A program made the translations under genes and the position numbers. Below, in pieces: positions 42,709 through 51,126 of a DNA stretch of 64,000 nucleotides (position 1 is its first letter; every line of letters begins with the position of its first letter). This stretch comes from Thermoplasmatota archaeon. Lineage in GTDB: Archaea; Thermoplasmatota; E2; JACPAO01; JAHFTW01. The notes below the pieces were generated by a model. It was not told where the DNA came from, searched no databases, and saw only the letters and a list, made by a program, of their open reading frames with translations. The stretch spans positions 243 through 64,242 of the forward strand of contig JBBSVQ010000011.1 in NCBI GenBank assembly GCA_038046725.1, given 5' to 3'.

Positions 42709-44124
42709 TCACATCAGCGGCGGAAGGTCCCCAGGCATTCCCTTCGGTGATCCCGCGCGTCCCAAGCCGCCACGCAGACCAGCCGGCCCGCTCGGGCGCT
42801 TGTCGAGGCGCGCGTCGAGGCGGACGATCGCCTGCGCGCAGTCGAAGGCCGATGCAAGGGCACGGCGGACGCAGGCGAACGCGTCCAACGTCGGGGCCAC
42901 GGCCTGGCCGGCCGCGTTGCGCGCCAGGTCGCGGTCGAGGGCCAGGAACGCCTCGGCCGCTGCCCGCAAGGCGAATGGGGTCCGCCCAGGAGCCGCGTCG
43001 GCGGCGCGCAGCAAGGCGGCTGCAATCTCGCGCTGCCAAGCCCCCGCGCCCGGCACGGCGCGCGCATCGGCAAGCACGAGGCCGGCCGCGCGCAGCAGGC
43101 GCTCCCCCGCTTCGATGGCGCCGGCGCGCGCCATCGCGTTGCCGCCCGGCATGAGCAACGTCCGGCCGGGGCCGGCACCGCAGACGAGCCAGCCGCCCGT
43201 GCGATGCGGGCGGCGCTGCAGGCGCGCATCGCCGAGGTCGGCAGCGGTTGCATGCAACGCGTTGGCCAGAGGTGTGGCGCCCGTCGCGGCGGCCAGGCGA
43301 CGCAGCCGCGAGAGCGCGACGTCGGTTGCGACTGCGACGCCGCGGTCCTGCAGCAACCCCGCGAGGCCCTCATCGATGGCTCCCGTGCACGCGACCACGC
43401 CGACGCCGAGGCCGGTGACGCGGTCGGCGGCTTGGCGGCGGAGCGCTTCCTCGGCCGCGAACGCGCCGGTTGCCGAGCGCCATTGGGCCGACGAGCGAGG
43501 CTTGACGCTCCAGGACGAGGCCAGCAACAGGACGCGCGCCGGGCCTTCATGGCGGGGCGCGCGCTGCGGTTCGAGGGGAATGCCCGGCAACCATTCCGGC
43601 TGATCGGCTGGGCCGGCGACGACTTCGATGGCGTCGAGGTCGACGTGGCTCGCGTCCGCAAGGCCGGCGAGCACTGCGCGGCTCCAGGCGGCTCCGCCGG
43701 GGGACGCGCCGGCCAAGGCTTCGGCCGGGTCCGCGGGGTGCGCGAGGGCGGATAGGGCCGCAAGGGCCTGCCTGCGTGCGAGCGGATAGCCCTGCACGAA
43801 GGCCTGAACGCCGACGTCCGAGGTCAGCGCCAAGCGCACGAGGCGGGCTGCGAGCAGGACGGAGGTCGTGCCGCCGTCCCCGGCCGCCGCAAGGACGCGG
43901 GCCGCGAGGTCCTGGTAGGGGGCCAAGTCGGGCGTGGCTTGCACTTCGCGTAGCGCCATGGCCGGCGAGCGCACCCACAACGGCTCGGGGCCATCCACGA
44001 GTTTCGCGCCGCCATGGGGGCCGTACCCGGGGCCAAGGAACGCTTCCACCCAAGCCGCCGTGGCCTCTTGCAGTTGCCGCAGGTCGCCGGTTGCGGCGTG
44101 CCGTCCGTGCAGCACGCCGTCCAT
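42709..44124 (-). CDS. Highly divergent, Ala-rich thermosome (group II chaperonin)-like protein
   Basis: ORF track. Compare: LGPGYGPHGGAKLV with TLGPKGMDKMLV; AAGDGGTTSVLLAARL with GDGTTT; VQGYPLARRQA with GY..A; AVPGAGAWQREI with VPGGGA.E; and the C-terminal GLRGGLGRAGSPKGMPG with the GGM tail. At 471 aa it is shorter than a thermosome. Confidence 0.55.
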   Translation of the reverse strand: MDGVLHGRHAATGDLRQLQEATAAWVEAFLGPGYGPHGGAKLVDGPEPLWVRSPAMALREVQATPDLAPYQDLAARVLAAAGDGGTTSVLLAARLVRLALTSDVGVQAFVQGYPLARRQALAALSALAHPADPAEALAGASPGGAAWSRAVLAGLADASHVDLDAIEVVAGPADQPEWLPGIPLEPQRAPRHEGPARVLLLASSWSVKPRSSAQWRSATGAFAAEEALRRQAADRVTGLGVGVVACTGAIDEGLAGLLQDRGVAVATDVALSRLRRLAAATGATPLANALHATAADLGDARLQRRPHRTGGWLVCGAGPGRTLLMPGGNAMARAGAIEAGERLLRAAGLVLADARAVPGAGAWQREIAAALLRAADAAPGRTPFALRAAAEAFLALDRDLARNAAGQAVAPTLDAFACVRRALASAFDCAQAIVRLDARLDKRPSGPAGLRGGLGRAGSPKGMPGDLPPLM

Positions 44125-44274
44125 GGCTGCGCGAGGCGGACGTCACCAGATAGGCGTGTGGGCAAGCCGCCCCAGACCCGGCCTCAAGCCACGGCGCGGC
44201 AATCCGCCAAGTGCTAGTGAATCCACCGTGGCGGCTCCCACAAGTTAAAAGCGAGGCCGGCTTGGGCGCGACCG

Positions 44275-45162
44275 ATGAGCGAGGCGGGCGGCAAGCGCGG
44301 CCTGAAAATGTACCTGGCCACCCTGGTCGCCACGGTGCTGTTCCCCATCCTTTGGATGCAGGCGCTAAGCATGGCCCGCCGCCACGGCGAGGCTGACCCC
44401 CGGGCCCGCCTGAAGGTCCTCGTCGCCATCGCAGCCAGCCTCGGCATCGCCTTGGCAGGCACCTACGTCCTCCTCGGCTTCTTCGCGTCGGCCCAGGCCG
44501 GCATGTACGACTCGCTCGACACCCGCATCGCGACCGCCGTTGGCGAGGCCGAGTACCAGGAGCAGCTCAGCATCATCGAGGCGTCCAACAACGCCCTGCC
44601 CAAGATTCGCGCCAACCTCGCCAACGCAACGGACGACGCCAAGCGCGACGCCCTGCAGGCCACGTTGGAGAGCACGACGGCCGACCTCGCCAAGGCCGAA
44701 GCGCGCCGCGCCGAACTGGTGCCCGTTCACACCCACTATGGCCGCATCGCCGCCGCCATCGTGGACCAGGACGATGCCGAGGTCCGCCGCCTGCTGGGCG
44801 AAGTCCCGGCTTTCAGCGAAGTCTCCGGCTCCAAGTTCCCCGCCCACGCCGACATCGCGGAGAACTCCGAGGCCGCCTTCGCCATCAAGGACCGATCCGT
44901 CAGCGACATGCGCCTGATGGGCTGGCTCTTCCTCTGGCCTAGCCTCGCGGGCGCCTTCTTCGCACCCCTGGCCTTCGCACTCGGCAGCATCTTGCGCAAG
45001 GCCTTCGTGCCCTCCGACACGGTTGGGTTCAAGCCCTACCCCGGTGGCGCAGCGGGCTACTTCCTGCTCCTCGGCGCCTTCGGCGTGCCGTCGATCCCCT
45101 TCGCGGCGTGGACGTTCAACGACGCCATGGGTCGCAGCGAAGAAGGCCAGATTTCGCTCTGA
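44275..45162 (+). CDS. Hypothetical membrane protein with a central coiled-coil-like segment
   Basis: ORF track. N- and C-terminal hydrophobic helices. TTAAAA lies 27 nt upstream of the ATG. Confidence 0.55.
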   Translation: MSEAGGKRGLKMYLATLVATVLFPILWMQALSMARRHGEADPRARLKVLVAIAASLGIALAGTYVLLGFFASAQAGMYDSLDTRIATAVGEAEYQEQLSIIEASNNALPKIRANLANATDDAKRDALQATLESTTADLAKAEARRAELVPVHTHYGRIAAAIVDQDDAEVRRLLGEVPAFSEVSGSKFPAHADIAENSEAAFAIKDRSVSDMRLMGWLFLWPSLAGAFFAPLAFALGSILRKAFVPSDTVGFKPYPGGAAGYFLLLGAFGVPSIPFAAWTFNDAMGRSEEGQISL

Positions 45163-45185
45163 GACGATTCAGCAAGGTCCCGTTT

Positions 45186-45468
45186 TGGGGCCTCGGATTG
45201 AGCAGAAACTGGGACTCAACTTGGGGTCTTCCCCAGGTGGCTGGCCGCGCCCGTTCCTGGCCCCACAAGTCAACCTCCTCGTGACGCCGACGGCGACGCC
45301 AAGCTGATTCTCGTGCATGGCGGCGCGCGGCGCCGTTTTTCGTCTGGGTTGCAGTCACCAGGAGCCGGCGTCGGAGACGGTTTCCCGTCGTGGCGCACCG
45401 AACGCGCGCGGTCATGCGACGCAATCGGTTGGGTCTTGACTGGAATCTGCTCAATCCAAGGTCCCCCA
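45186..45468. mobile_element. Composite element: family-A MITE (45247-45411) nested inside a family-B MITE
   Basis: The termini TGGGGCCTCGGATTGAGCAGAAACTGGGACTCAA and TTGACTGGAATCTGCTCAATCCAAGGTCCCCCA form an imperfect inverted repeat of about 33 bp. The interior carries all the family-A signature blocks. Confidence 0.7.
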
Positions 45469-45479
45469 AAGGAGGGACG

Positions 45480-46442
45480 CTACTCTTCCTTCGGAGCGCG
45501 CTGCTGGCGGGCCAACACGAGGTCCAGGATCTTCTCCGGGTCGCTCAGGGTGTTGAGTTCCGTGCGCGTCACGACTGGCATGCCTTCGATGCTCGTGCGC
45601 GTGGTGCGCTCGACGACGAAGAACCCCGGCCGTTCCGTGATGCGGCTGACGCTGGAGACGATGCGCGCGCGGCGACGCAGCTGCGGCGAGTCCTCGCCCA
45701 TGCCGGTGAGGTACGTCGTCTTGTCCTGCGTGGAGAGGGCATTGAATGGGCTGCGGCGCGTCGTGCGCACCTCGTATCCGAGGCCCTGCAGCAGCCGCGT
45801 GACGAGGGCCTCCATCGGGTCGTGGTCGCTGCGCTCGGGGCTGGGCGGCTGGAAGGCGGCCGTGTCGAAGGAGTGGAACGGGTCGAGTGGCCGGATGAGT
45901 TCCGTGCGCAGGAATTCCTCGAGGCGCATGGCAGCGTCAATCGAGGCGCTCATGCCTTCCTCGTACATCTGGATGGCGCGGCGCGAAACGCCTGCGATCT
46001 GGGCCACCACGCCAAGGCTCAGCGCTTGGGCCTCGCGTGCGGCGCGCAGTGCGTCGGAGTTGAGGTTGACGTAGAAGCCGCCGGGCGCCGCGAAGATGAC
46101 TGGGGCGTCGCCGTGCAGGACGTAGCCCTCGAGCGTCGTCGGGGTCACGATGGGGATGTCGTGGCGTGCATAGACGACGCCGGACTCCAGGTTGCCGGTG
46201 CCGGCGCGCAGGCCGACGAGGATGGGGCGTGCGTCGAGGAACTTGCACAGGACCTTCATTTCCTGCGCGATGGGCTCGGACAAGGCATCGACGTTGGTCA
46301 GGACCTTGAGGATGAGGAGGTCCTTGTCGCGGCGGGCCACGAGGTCGAAGCTGACGGGGCGCAGGTCGCAGCGCTCGCTGACGGCGAACCCGGCACGGGC
46401 CATGGTGGCCCGCACGGCCTCGATGAGGTCGGCCCGCAGCAT
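45480..46442 (-). CDS. Putative HTH-type transcriptional regulator (archaeal COG1395 / MJ1164 family)
   Basis: ORF track. The central XRE-type HTH is LSLGVVAQIAGVSRRAIQMYEEG, flanked by conserved N- and C-terminal domains. About 320 aa, as in this family. Confidence 0.7.
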   Translation of the reverse strand: MLRADLIEAVRATMARAGFAVSERCDLRPVSFDLVARRDKDLLILKVLTNVDALSEPIAQEMKVLCKFLDARPILVGLRAGTGNLESGVVYARHDIPIVTPTTLEGYVLHGDAPVIFAAPGGFYVNLNSDALRAAREAQALSLGVVAQIAGVSRRAIQMYEEGMSASIDAAMRLEEFLRTELIRPLDPFHSFDTAAFQPPSPERSDHDPMEALVTRLLQGLGYEVRTTRRSPFNALSTQDKTTYLTGMGEDSPQLRRRARIVSSVSRITERPGFFVVERTTRTSIEGMPVVTRTELNTLSDPEKILDLVLARQQRAPKEE

Positions 46443-46464
46443 CCGTTGGCTTCATTGGGCACGC

Positions 46465-46553
46465 TTCTATAAAAGGAGTCTGCCTTCCTCCAGGAGTCAG
46501 ACTCCCGGCCGTTTGCCTTCTGCTTCAAACCTTGCTGGAGATTCCTTATATCG
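46465..46553. promoter_or_regulatory. Divergent promoter region: two TATA boxes flanking an 8-bp inverted repeat
   Basis: CTATAAAAG (46467-46475; its complement lies 28 nt from ATG 46442). TTATAT (46546-46551; about 30 nt before ATG 46578). GGAGTCTG (46475-46482) pairs with CAGACTCC (46498-46505). Confidence 0.45.
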
Positions 46554-46577
46554 CTGAACGGGCGACAATGCAGCCCG

Positions 46578-46877
46578 ATGACACGAATCGGGACTCCGAC
46601 CGCTCTCGCCCTTCTGGCTGCCGCAGCCTGGGCCGTGCCCTTGTGGGAGGCCGTGCACTACGGTGAGGTATCGATTCTGAGCATCGTCACCGCAGGGATG
46701 TTCACGGCCATGCTGGCCGTGTGGCCCTTCCTCACGGGGCGTCGCCTGCGTGCAGGGCACGCCGAGAAGGCCCTCATGTGCCGCGACTGCCACGCTTTGC
46801 GCTGGCCGACGGAGGTGTCCTTTGGCTTCTGCATCCACTGCGGCTCCAGCCGCCCCGCCGTCCGCCTCATCGCCTGA
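46578..46877 (+). CDS. Membrane-anchored zinc-ribbon protein (paralogue 1)
   Basis: ORF track. Two TM helices, then MCRDCHALRWPTEVSFGFCIHCG. Confidence 0.55.
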   Translation: MTRIGTPTALALLAAAAWAVPLWEAVHYGEVSILSIVTAGMFTAMLAVWPFLTGRRLRAGHAEKALMCRDCHALRWPTEVSFGFCIHCGSSRPAVRLIA

Positions 46878-46946
46878 GCAAGTTCTGGGCCTTGACCCGC
46901 GCCGCGGGCTCCCCCTTCAGCAAGCGCCATATCCTCGCGCGACGAC

Positions 46947-47303
46947 TTGGCGTTCGTGCGACGCCTGACCAATCCCCAGATCGGCTTCGTCCTGGTGGCC
47001 TTCGCCGCCTTGGCCGCGGGCCTGAACGCCTACGGCTACTGGCGAACCGGCAAGTTGGACGCCATGCTGCTCATCCCGACGGTGGGCATCCTGGCCCTGT
47101 TGGCCGTCGTTCCGTTCCTTGTCGGCTGGCGCTCGGAGGAGCCACGCAGCGGATTCCTCAGTTGCGCGTCCTGCCACACGCTGTGGAGCCCCCGCGACGA
47201 CCACACCTCGTTCTGCCCGGGCTGCGGCAAGATGCCCAAGTCGGCCGAGGCTGCGCTGCAGAAGCACCCGTACGCCTCGCCCCTCACGGGCCGCGCCCGC
47301 TAA
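46947..47303 (+). CDS. Membrane-anchored zinc-ribbon protein (paralogue 2)
   Basis: ORF track. Two TM helices, then SCASCHTLWSPRDDHTSFCPGCG. The architecture matches the preceding gene. Confidence 0.55.
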   Translation: MAFVRRLTNPQIGFVLVAFAALAAGLNAYGYWRTGKLDAMLLIPTVGILALLAVVPFLVGWRSEEPRSGFLSCASCHTLWSPRDDHTSFCPGCGKMPKSAEAALQKHPYASPLTGRAR

Positions 47304-47307
47304 CGAC

Positions 47308-47454
47308 TTACTGCCCCGTCCGGAAGCCGCCCTGGTCACAGTTGGGGCGACGGGAAGTCGGCCGCATCGTGCGCAGGTTGCGCAGCGCGATGCCCTGGGA
47401 CTTGCGGTCCGGAGGGTTGCAGTCGGGGGTGCGCTTGCGCCAAGGGAACTTCAT
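47308..47454 (-). CDS. Candidate 48-aa basic protein with a strong Shine-Dalgarno-like motif
   Basis: My translation gives MKFPWRKRTPDCNPPDRKSQGIALRNLRTMRPTSRRPNCDQGGFRTGQ. GGAGGA lies 8 nt upstream of the ATG and GC3 is high. Below the ORF-track cutoff. No family recognised. Confidence 0.3.
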   Translation of the reverse strand: MKFPWRKRTPDCNPPDRKSQGIALRNLRTMRPTSRRPNCDQGGFRTGQ

Positions 47455-47468
47455 TTCAGAATCCTCCA

Positions 47469-47500
47469 TCGACCTTCAAACGAAGGTCGATCACGTTGGA
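47469..47500 (+). repeat. S-family hairpin (copy 3)
   Basis: TCGACCTTCAAACGAAGGTCGATCACGTTGGA is identical, apart from one loop base, to 4580-4610. Confidence 0.9.
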
Positions 47501-47548
47501 CGGTGGGGCACTCGCTTCGCTCGGCCCCACAGGCCGCCGGTTGTTCGG

Positions 47549-48664
47549 TCATTTCAGGATCCCCATTTCGGTGAGCTTCTCGGGTAAGTACGTGTCCGTC
47601 ACGAAGTCGAGGCCGTACTTCGCCAGCGCCTGTTGTTCGGACTTCTTCTTCAGCTCGAGCTGCAGGTTGACCTCGCCGCGCCAATAGTCGTCGTCGAAGC
47701 GCGGGTCCTCCAGGATGGCCTGCAGGGCCTTGACGTCCTCTTCCGACAACGAGTCGGTCGGGAGTTCGTAGTTGACGATGTCCGACGGGGTTACGCCGAG
47801 GAACTGCGCCGACGGCGTCGCCAGGTGCTCGGACAGGTGCGCCGTCTTGATGGCGCCGTACGCGACCGAGGCGAAAATGCGGAACGACCACGGGTCGCCG
47901 TCGGTGAAGACAACGATGGGCTGCTTCGTCTCCTCGTTGAGGCGCTTGATCAACCGGCGCGTGGAGCGGGCGGGCTGGCCCTTGAGGTGGACCAAGGTGC
48001 AATTGTGCTTGGTGTCGAAGCCGTTCTCGACGAGACGTGCGAACATACCGCCGGTCTCGATGGCCACGACGAAGTCGGTCTCGACGTCCTTGAAGCTCAG
48101 GCGGTCTGGCTCGACGTTGTACGGGATGTTGTAGCCGGCGTCGCCGACGTCATCCTGGCAGTGCATGGTGCGCTTCTCGCCGCTTCGCGTGGTCTCCACG
48201 ATGCGCAGGTTGCCCATCATGGCGGCCCCGTTCTCCTCCGGCCGCAGCTTGAAGTCCTCGCGCATGGAGCCCGTCATGACCTCGAGGTCTTCGGCCAGCA
48301 TGTCGGACTCGTCTTGTGAGTGGAATTTGGCGAGGTCCCAGCCCTCGCTGATGTAGTACATTTCACGAAGCGTCGACGTCTTGTTCTCGCCGATCATCTG
48401 CTTGATGAAATCGGTGAGGTACATCGTGCGCAGGAGCATGTAGGCGCCGTCGAGCGACTTCGCCGAGCGCGTCGTGAATTCCTTGCCGTACTTCCACACG
48501 CGGGTGCGGTTGTCGAGGACGATGTTCGACTTGTTGCGGCTGGCGAGCTGAACCTCGGGGATGCTTGCGGACTTGAGGTGCTTGTAGATGGTGCCCGCGA
48601 TCTCGTCGAGCGATGCCGTCGCCTGCGTCTCGCGTTGCGCCTTCGTTGCCTTGCGTTCAACCAT
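47549..48664 (-). CDS. top6A: DNA topoisomerase VI subunit A (Spo11-like)
   Basis: ORF track. The catalytic Tyr region is REMYYISEGW. The Toprim region is FVVAIETGGMFARL...VVFTDGDPWSFRI. Confidence 0.95.
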   Translation of the reverse strand: MVERKATKAQRETQATASLDEIAGTIYKHLKSASIPEVQLASRNKSNIVLDNRTRVWKYGKEFTTRSAKSLDGAYMLLRTMYLTDFIKQMIGENKTSTLREMYYISEGWDLAKFHSQDESDMLAEDLEVMTGSMREDFKLRPEENGAAMMGNLRIVETTRSGEKRTMHCQDDVGDAGYNIPYNVEPDRLSFKDVETDFVVAIETGGMFARLVENGFDTKHNCTLVHLKGQPARSTRRLIKRLNEETKQPIVVFTDGDPWSFRIFASVAYGAIKTAHLSEHLATPSAQFLGVTPSDIVNYELPTDSLSEEDVKALQAILEDPRFDDDYWRGEVNLQLELKKKSEQQALAKYGLDFVTDTYLPEKLTEMGILK

Positions 48665-48688
48665 TCGTCGTCACCTCGTTGCTCAGTG

Positions 48689-48818
48689 TGGGGGACCTTG
48701 GATTAAACAGAACCATTGGAAGCTGAATCTGCTGAATGCCATGCTGGGCCTCGGGGCTGCCACGATGCAATTCAGCAGATTCAGTTGCTCTTGCATCTGC
48801 TAAATCCAAGGTCCCCCA
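48689..48818. mobile_element. MITE-like repeat, family B (copy B3), filling the top6B-top6A spacer
   Basis: Perfect 16-bp terminal inverted repeat: TGGGGGACCTTGGATT (48689-48704) / AATCCAAGGTCCCCCA (48803-48818). The inner words are GCTGAATCTGCTGAATGC / GCAATTCAGCAGATTCAG. Confidence 0.85.
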
Positions 48819-48832
48819 ACGTGGTGCGGCGT

Positions 48833-51067
48833 TCATTCGTCGCCCCCGTGCCAGGGGTCGGCTCCGACCACATGGACCTCGTTGATGCCCTTGACGAAGC
48901 AGTCGGCATCGTCCAGGCTGCCGCGGTCGACGCCTGCCACTTGCCAGTTGAGCGTCAGTTTCTCCGTCGGCTTGAGCGCCGGGACGTCCCACGCTACGTA
49001 GCGGTCCTTGACCTCGGCCGGCGGCGGTTGCGCGCCCACGAAGACGGCGTTGTCGGGCAGGACCGTGTAGAAACGGAACTTCTTGCTTCCCATCATGAAG
49101 TTGGTCAAGGTGATTGCTCCCTTTGCCAGGAAGGCTTGCCTGGGCTTTGGCGCCTCGACAATCGTCGGCGCGCCTCCGTCCGCCGTCGGCTCGGACGCGA
49201 AGGAGTCGAGGGTGCCCTTCTTCGGCTCAATCTTGGCGTCCTTGCTGTTCTTCCCCTTGCCGTCGGCCTCCGGTTCGGGAGCCTTGTCTTCCTTCTGGGG
49301 CTTCGGCGCCTCGGCGGCGAGCGTCTGCCCTTCGAGCTTCTCGTACTCCACGACGGGGTCCTCGACCCAGACGACGTCCATGATCTTGCACACAATGGGC
49401 GCGAGGTCCACCTCGGGCTTGCCGAGGACGGCGCTCGCCTTCTTGTTGATCTCGGGCAGGATCTTGTTGACGAGCGTGAACTTCTCGGAGACCTTGGCGC
49501 GCTTGGCCTTCTTGGCGAGGTGGCGGCCGAGGTGGCGCGCGGCTTCCTGCAAGGCGAGCTTGACTTCCTTCTGGATCTCCTCCATCGGGGCCACGGCCTC
49601 CTTGGCCTCCGACGTGAACGGGACCTTCGTGCTCGCGACGTGGATGAGGACGATGGCTGGGCCCGTGGGCATGCCGGCACCGCCGCGCTGCTCGAGGCCG
49701 TAGCGCCGCCAGTCGACGTCCTGCACGGACACGGTGCAGCAGCAGCCGCCACCTTGGTACAGCAGGGGGACGCGGTTGGCGAAGCGCAACACGCGCACCT
49801 GCTCCTCGGCGGGCAGGGAGCCGCCGTACACGATGCCGACCTCGACTTGGAACGGGTGGCCGCCCCACACGGATGGCGGGCGCGTGACGGACGTGATGAA
49901 CTCCGGCGAGACCTCCTCGGTCTCCTTCTTCAAGCTGCGCCGGACGAGGTGCTCCGTGATGGGCGACAGGCAGTCCGTCGGCGGCGCCATGATCTTGACC
50001 TTGGGGAAGGCCTCGTGCAGGCGGCGCGCCTCCTCGCGGTTCAGGTCCTTGGGGTCGACGTTGCCGAGGTCGGCGGCCTCGAGAATCTTCTTCGCGGTGT
50101 CGGAGCCGACGGAGCTGAACTCCTCCTGCAGGAACGTGGACAGCTTGCGCTGCTTGGCGTCCTTGGCCATCTTCAGGATGGTGCCGAGTTCGGTGCCGTG
50201 CGGATGCGGCTTGATCTCCGCGGTCTTCGGGGGAATCTCGTCGGTGACGCGGTCGAAGACGGTGACCTGGCCGGTCGGGTCCGTGAAGGTGAGCTTGGCG
50301 TGCGGGTTGACGATGCTCGTCGAGCGCAGGAATTCGAAGGCCGACTGGCGGCCGCCCTGGAACTTCGCCTTGATGATGACGGACACGCGCGTGCCGTGGT
50401 CCTTGCCGAAGTCCTCGACCATCTGCTCCGAGAAGAGCTCCGGTTCGTTCTTCTTCGTGTTCAGGCCGAGTTCGACGCGCACGGCGGGGTGGCCGACGCC
50501 GATCTTCGAGGTGATGACGGCGTGGTGCCCCGTGGTGAGTTGACCGTACAGGACGACGGCGGAGATGCCGATGCCCTGCTGGCCGCGGCTTTGGCGGATG
50601 GCGTGGAAGCGGGAACCATAGAGCAGGCGGCCGAAGATGTTGCCGAGTTGGCGCTTGACGATGCCGGGGCCGTTGTCCTCGACGGTGACCATGAGTTCGT
50701 CGGCGTGCTTCGTCTTGTCAACGCGCACTTGGATGTCGGGCAGGACGCCGGCCTCTTCGCAGGCGTCGAGGGCGTTGTCGGTGGCTTCCTTGATGGCCGT
50801 GATGAGGGCCTTCAGCGGCGAGTCGAAGCCGAGGATCTGGCGGTTGCGCTCGAAGAACTCCGCGACGGAGATTTCCTTCTGCCCAGCAGCGAGGGTCTCC
50901 GCGATGGGCTTGGCGGCCTTGACGGGCTTCTCCGCCTTGGGCTGACTCGCCGTCAAAGCCAGGGCTCCTGGTGCATCCACGTCACTTGAGGCCGCCTCCT
51001 GTTGAAAAGGGGTGCGAATGGATTCCCGAAAGCACTCGTCTCGTGGTCTCGTCGGCACCTTGCACAT
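48833..51067 (-). CDS. top6B: DNA topoisomerase VI subunit B with N-terminal and near-C-terminal Lys-rich insertions
   Basis: ORF 48833..51106 (TTG start); ATG 51067 is preferred. The GHKL Bergerat motifs are EATDNALDA and ...[13 protein letters not shown]. The transducer domain is present. Confidence 0.9.
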   Translation of the reverse strand: MCKVPTRPRDECFRESIRTPFQQEAASSDVDAPGALALTASQPKAEKPVKAAKPIAETLAAGQKEISVAEFFERNRQILGFDSPLKALITAIKEATDNALDACEEAGVLPDIQVRVDKTKHADELMVTVEDNGPGIVKRQLGNIFGRLLYGSRFHAIRQSRGQQGIGISAVVLYGQLTTGHHAVITSKIGVGHPAVRVELGLNTKKNEPELFSEQMVEDFGKDHGTRVSVIIKAKFQGGRQSAFEFLRSTSIVNPHAKLTFTDPTGQVTVFDRVTDEIPPKTAEIKPHPHGTELGTILKMAKDAKQRKLSTFLQEEFSSVGSDTAKKILEAADLGNVDPKDLNREEARRLHEAFPKVKIMAPPTDCLSPITEHLVRRSLKKETEEVSPEFITSVTRPPSVWGGHPFQVEVGIVYGGSLPAEEQVRVLRFANRVPLLYQGGGCCCTVSVQDVDWRRYGLEQRGGAGMPTGPAIVLIHVASTKVPFTSEAKEAVAPMEEIQKEVKLALQEAARHLGRHLAKKAKRAKVSEKFTLVNKILPEINKKASAVLGKPEVDLAPIVCKIMDVVWVEDPVVEYEKLEGQTLAAEAPKPQKEDKAPEPEADGKGKNSKDAKIEPKKGTLDSFASEPTADGGAPTIVEAPKPRQAFLAKGAITLTNFMMGSKKFRFYTVLPDNAVFVGAQPPPAEVKDRYVAWDVPALKPTEKLTLNWQVAGVDRGSLDDADCFVKGINEVHVVGADPWHGGDE

Positions 51068-51126
51068 CCCTTTTGCACAATATCGAAGTACTCTTTGCAC
51101 ATTCAATCAATCTAGTGGCTGTGCAA
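51060..51126. promoter_or_regulatory. Array of TTGCACA heptamers in the top6B / fic divergent region
   Basis: TTGCACA occurs at 51060, 51073 and 51095 (direct). TGTGCAA occurs at 51120 (inverted). This is the AT-richest stretch of the locus and spans both candidate start codons. Confidence 0.4.

Noticed and set aside
48716-50989. 757-aa plus-strand ORF
   Set aside because: It is antisense to top6B, whose GHKL motifs are clear. It has the same GC-bias artefact.
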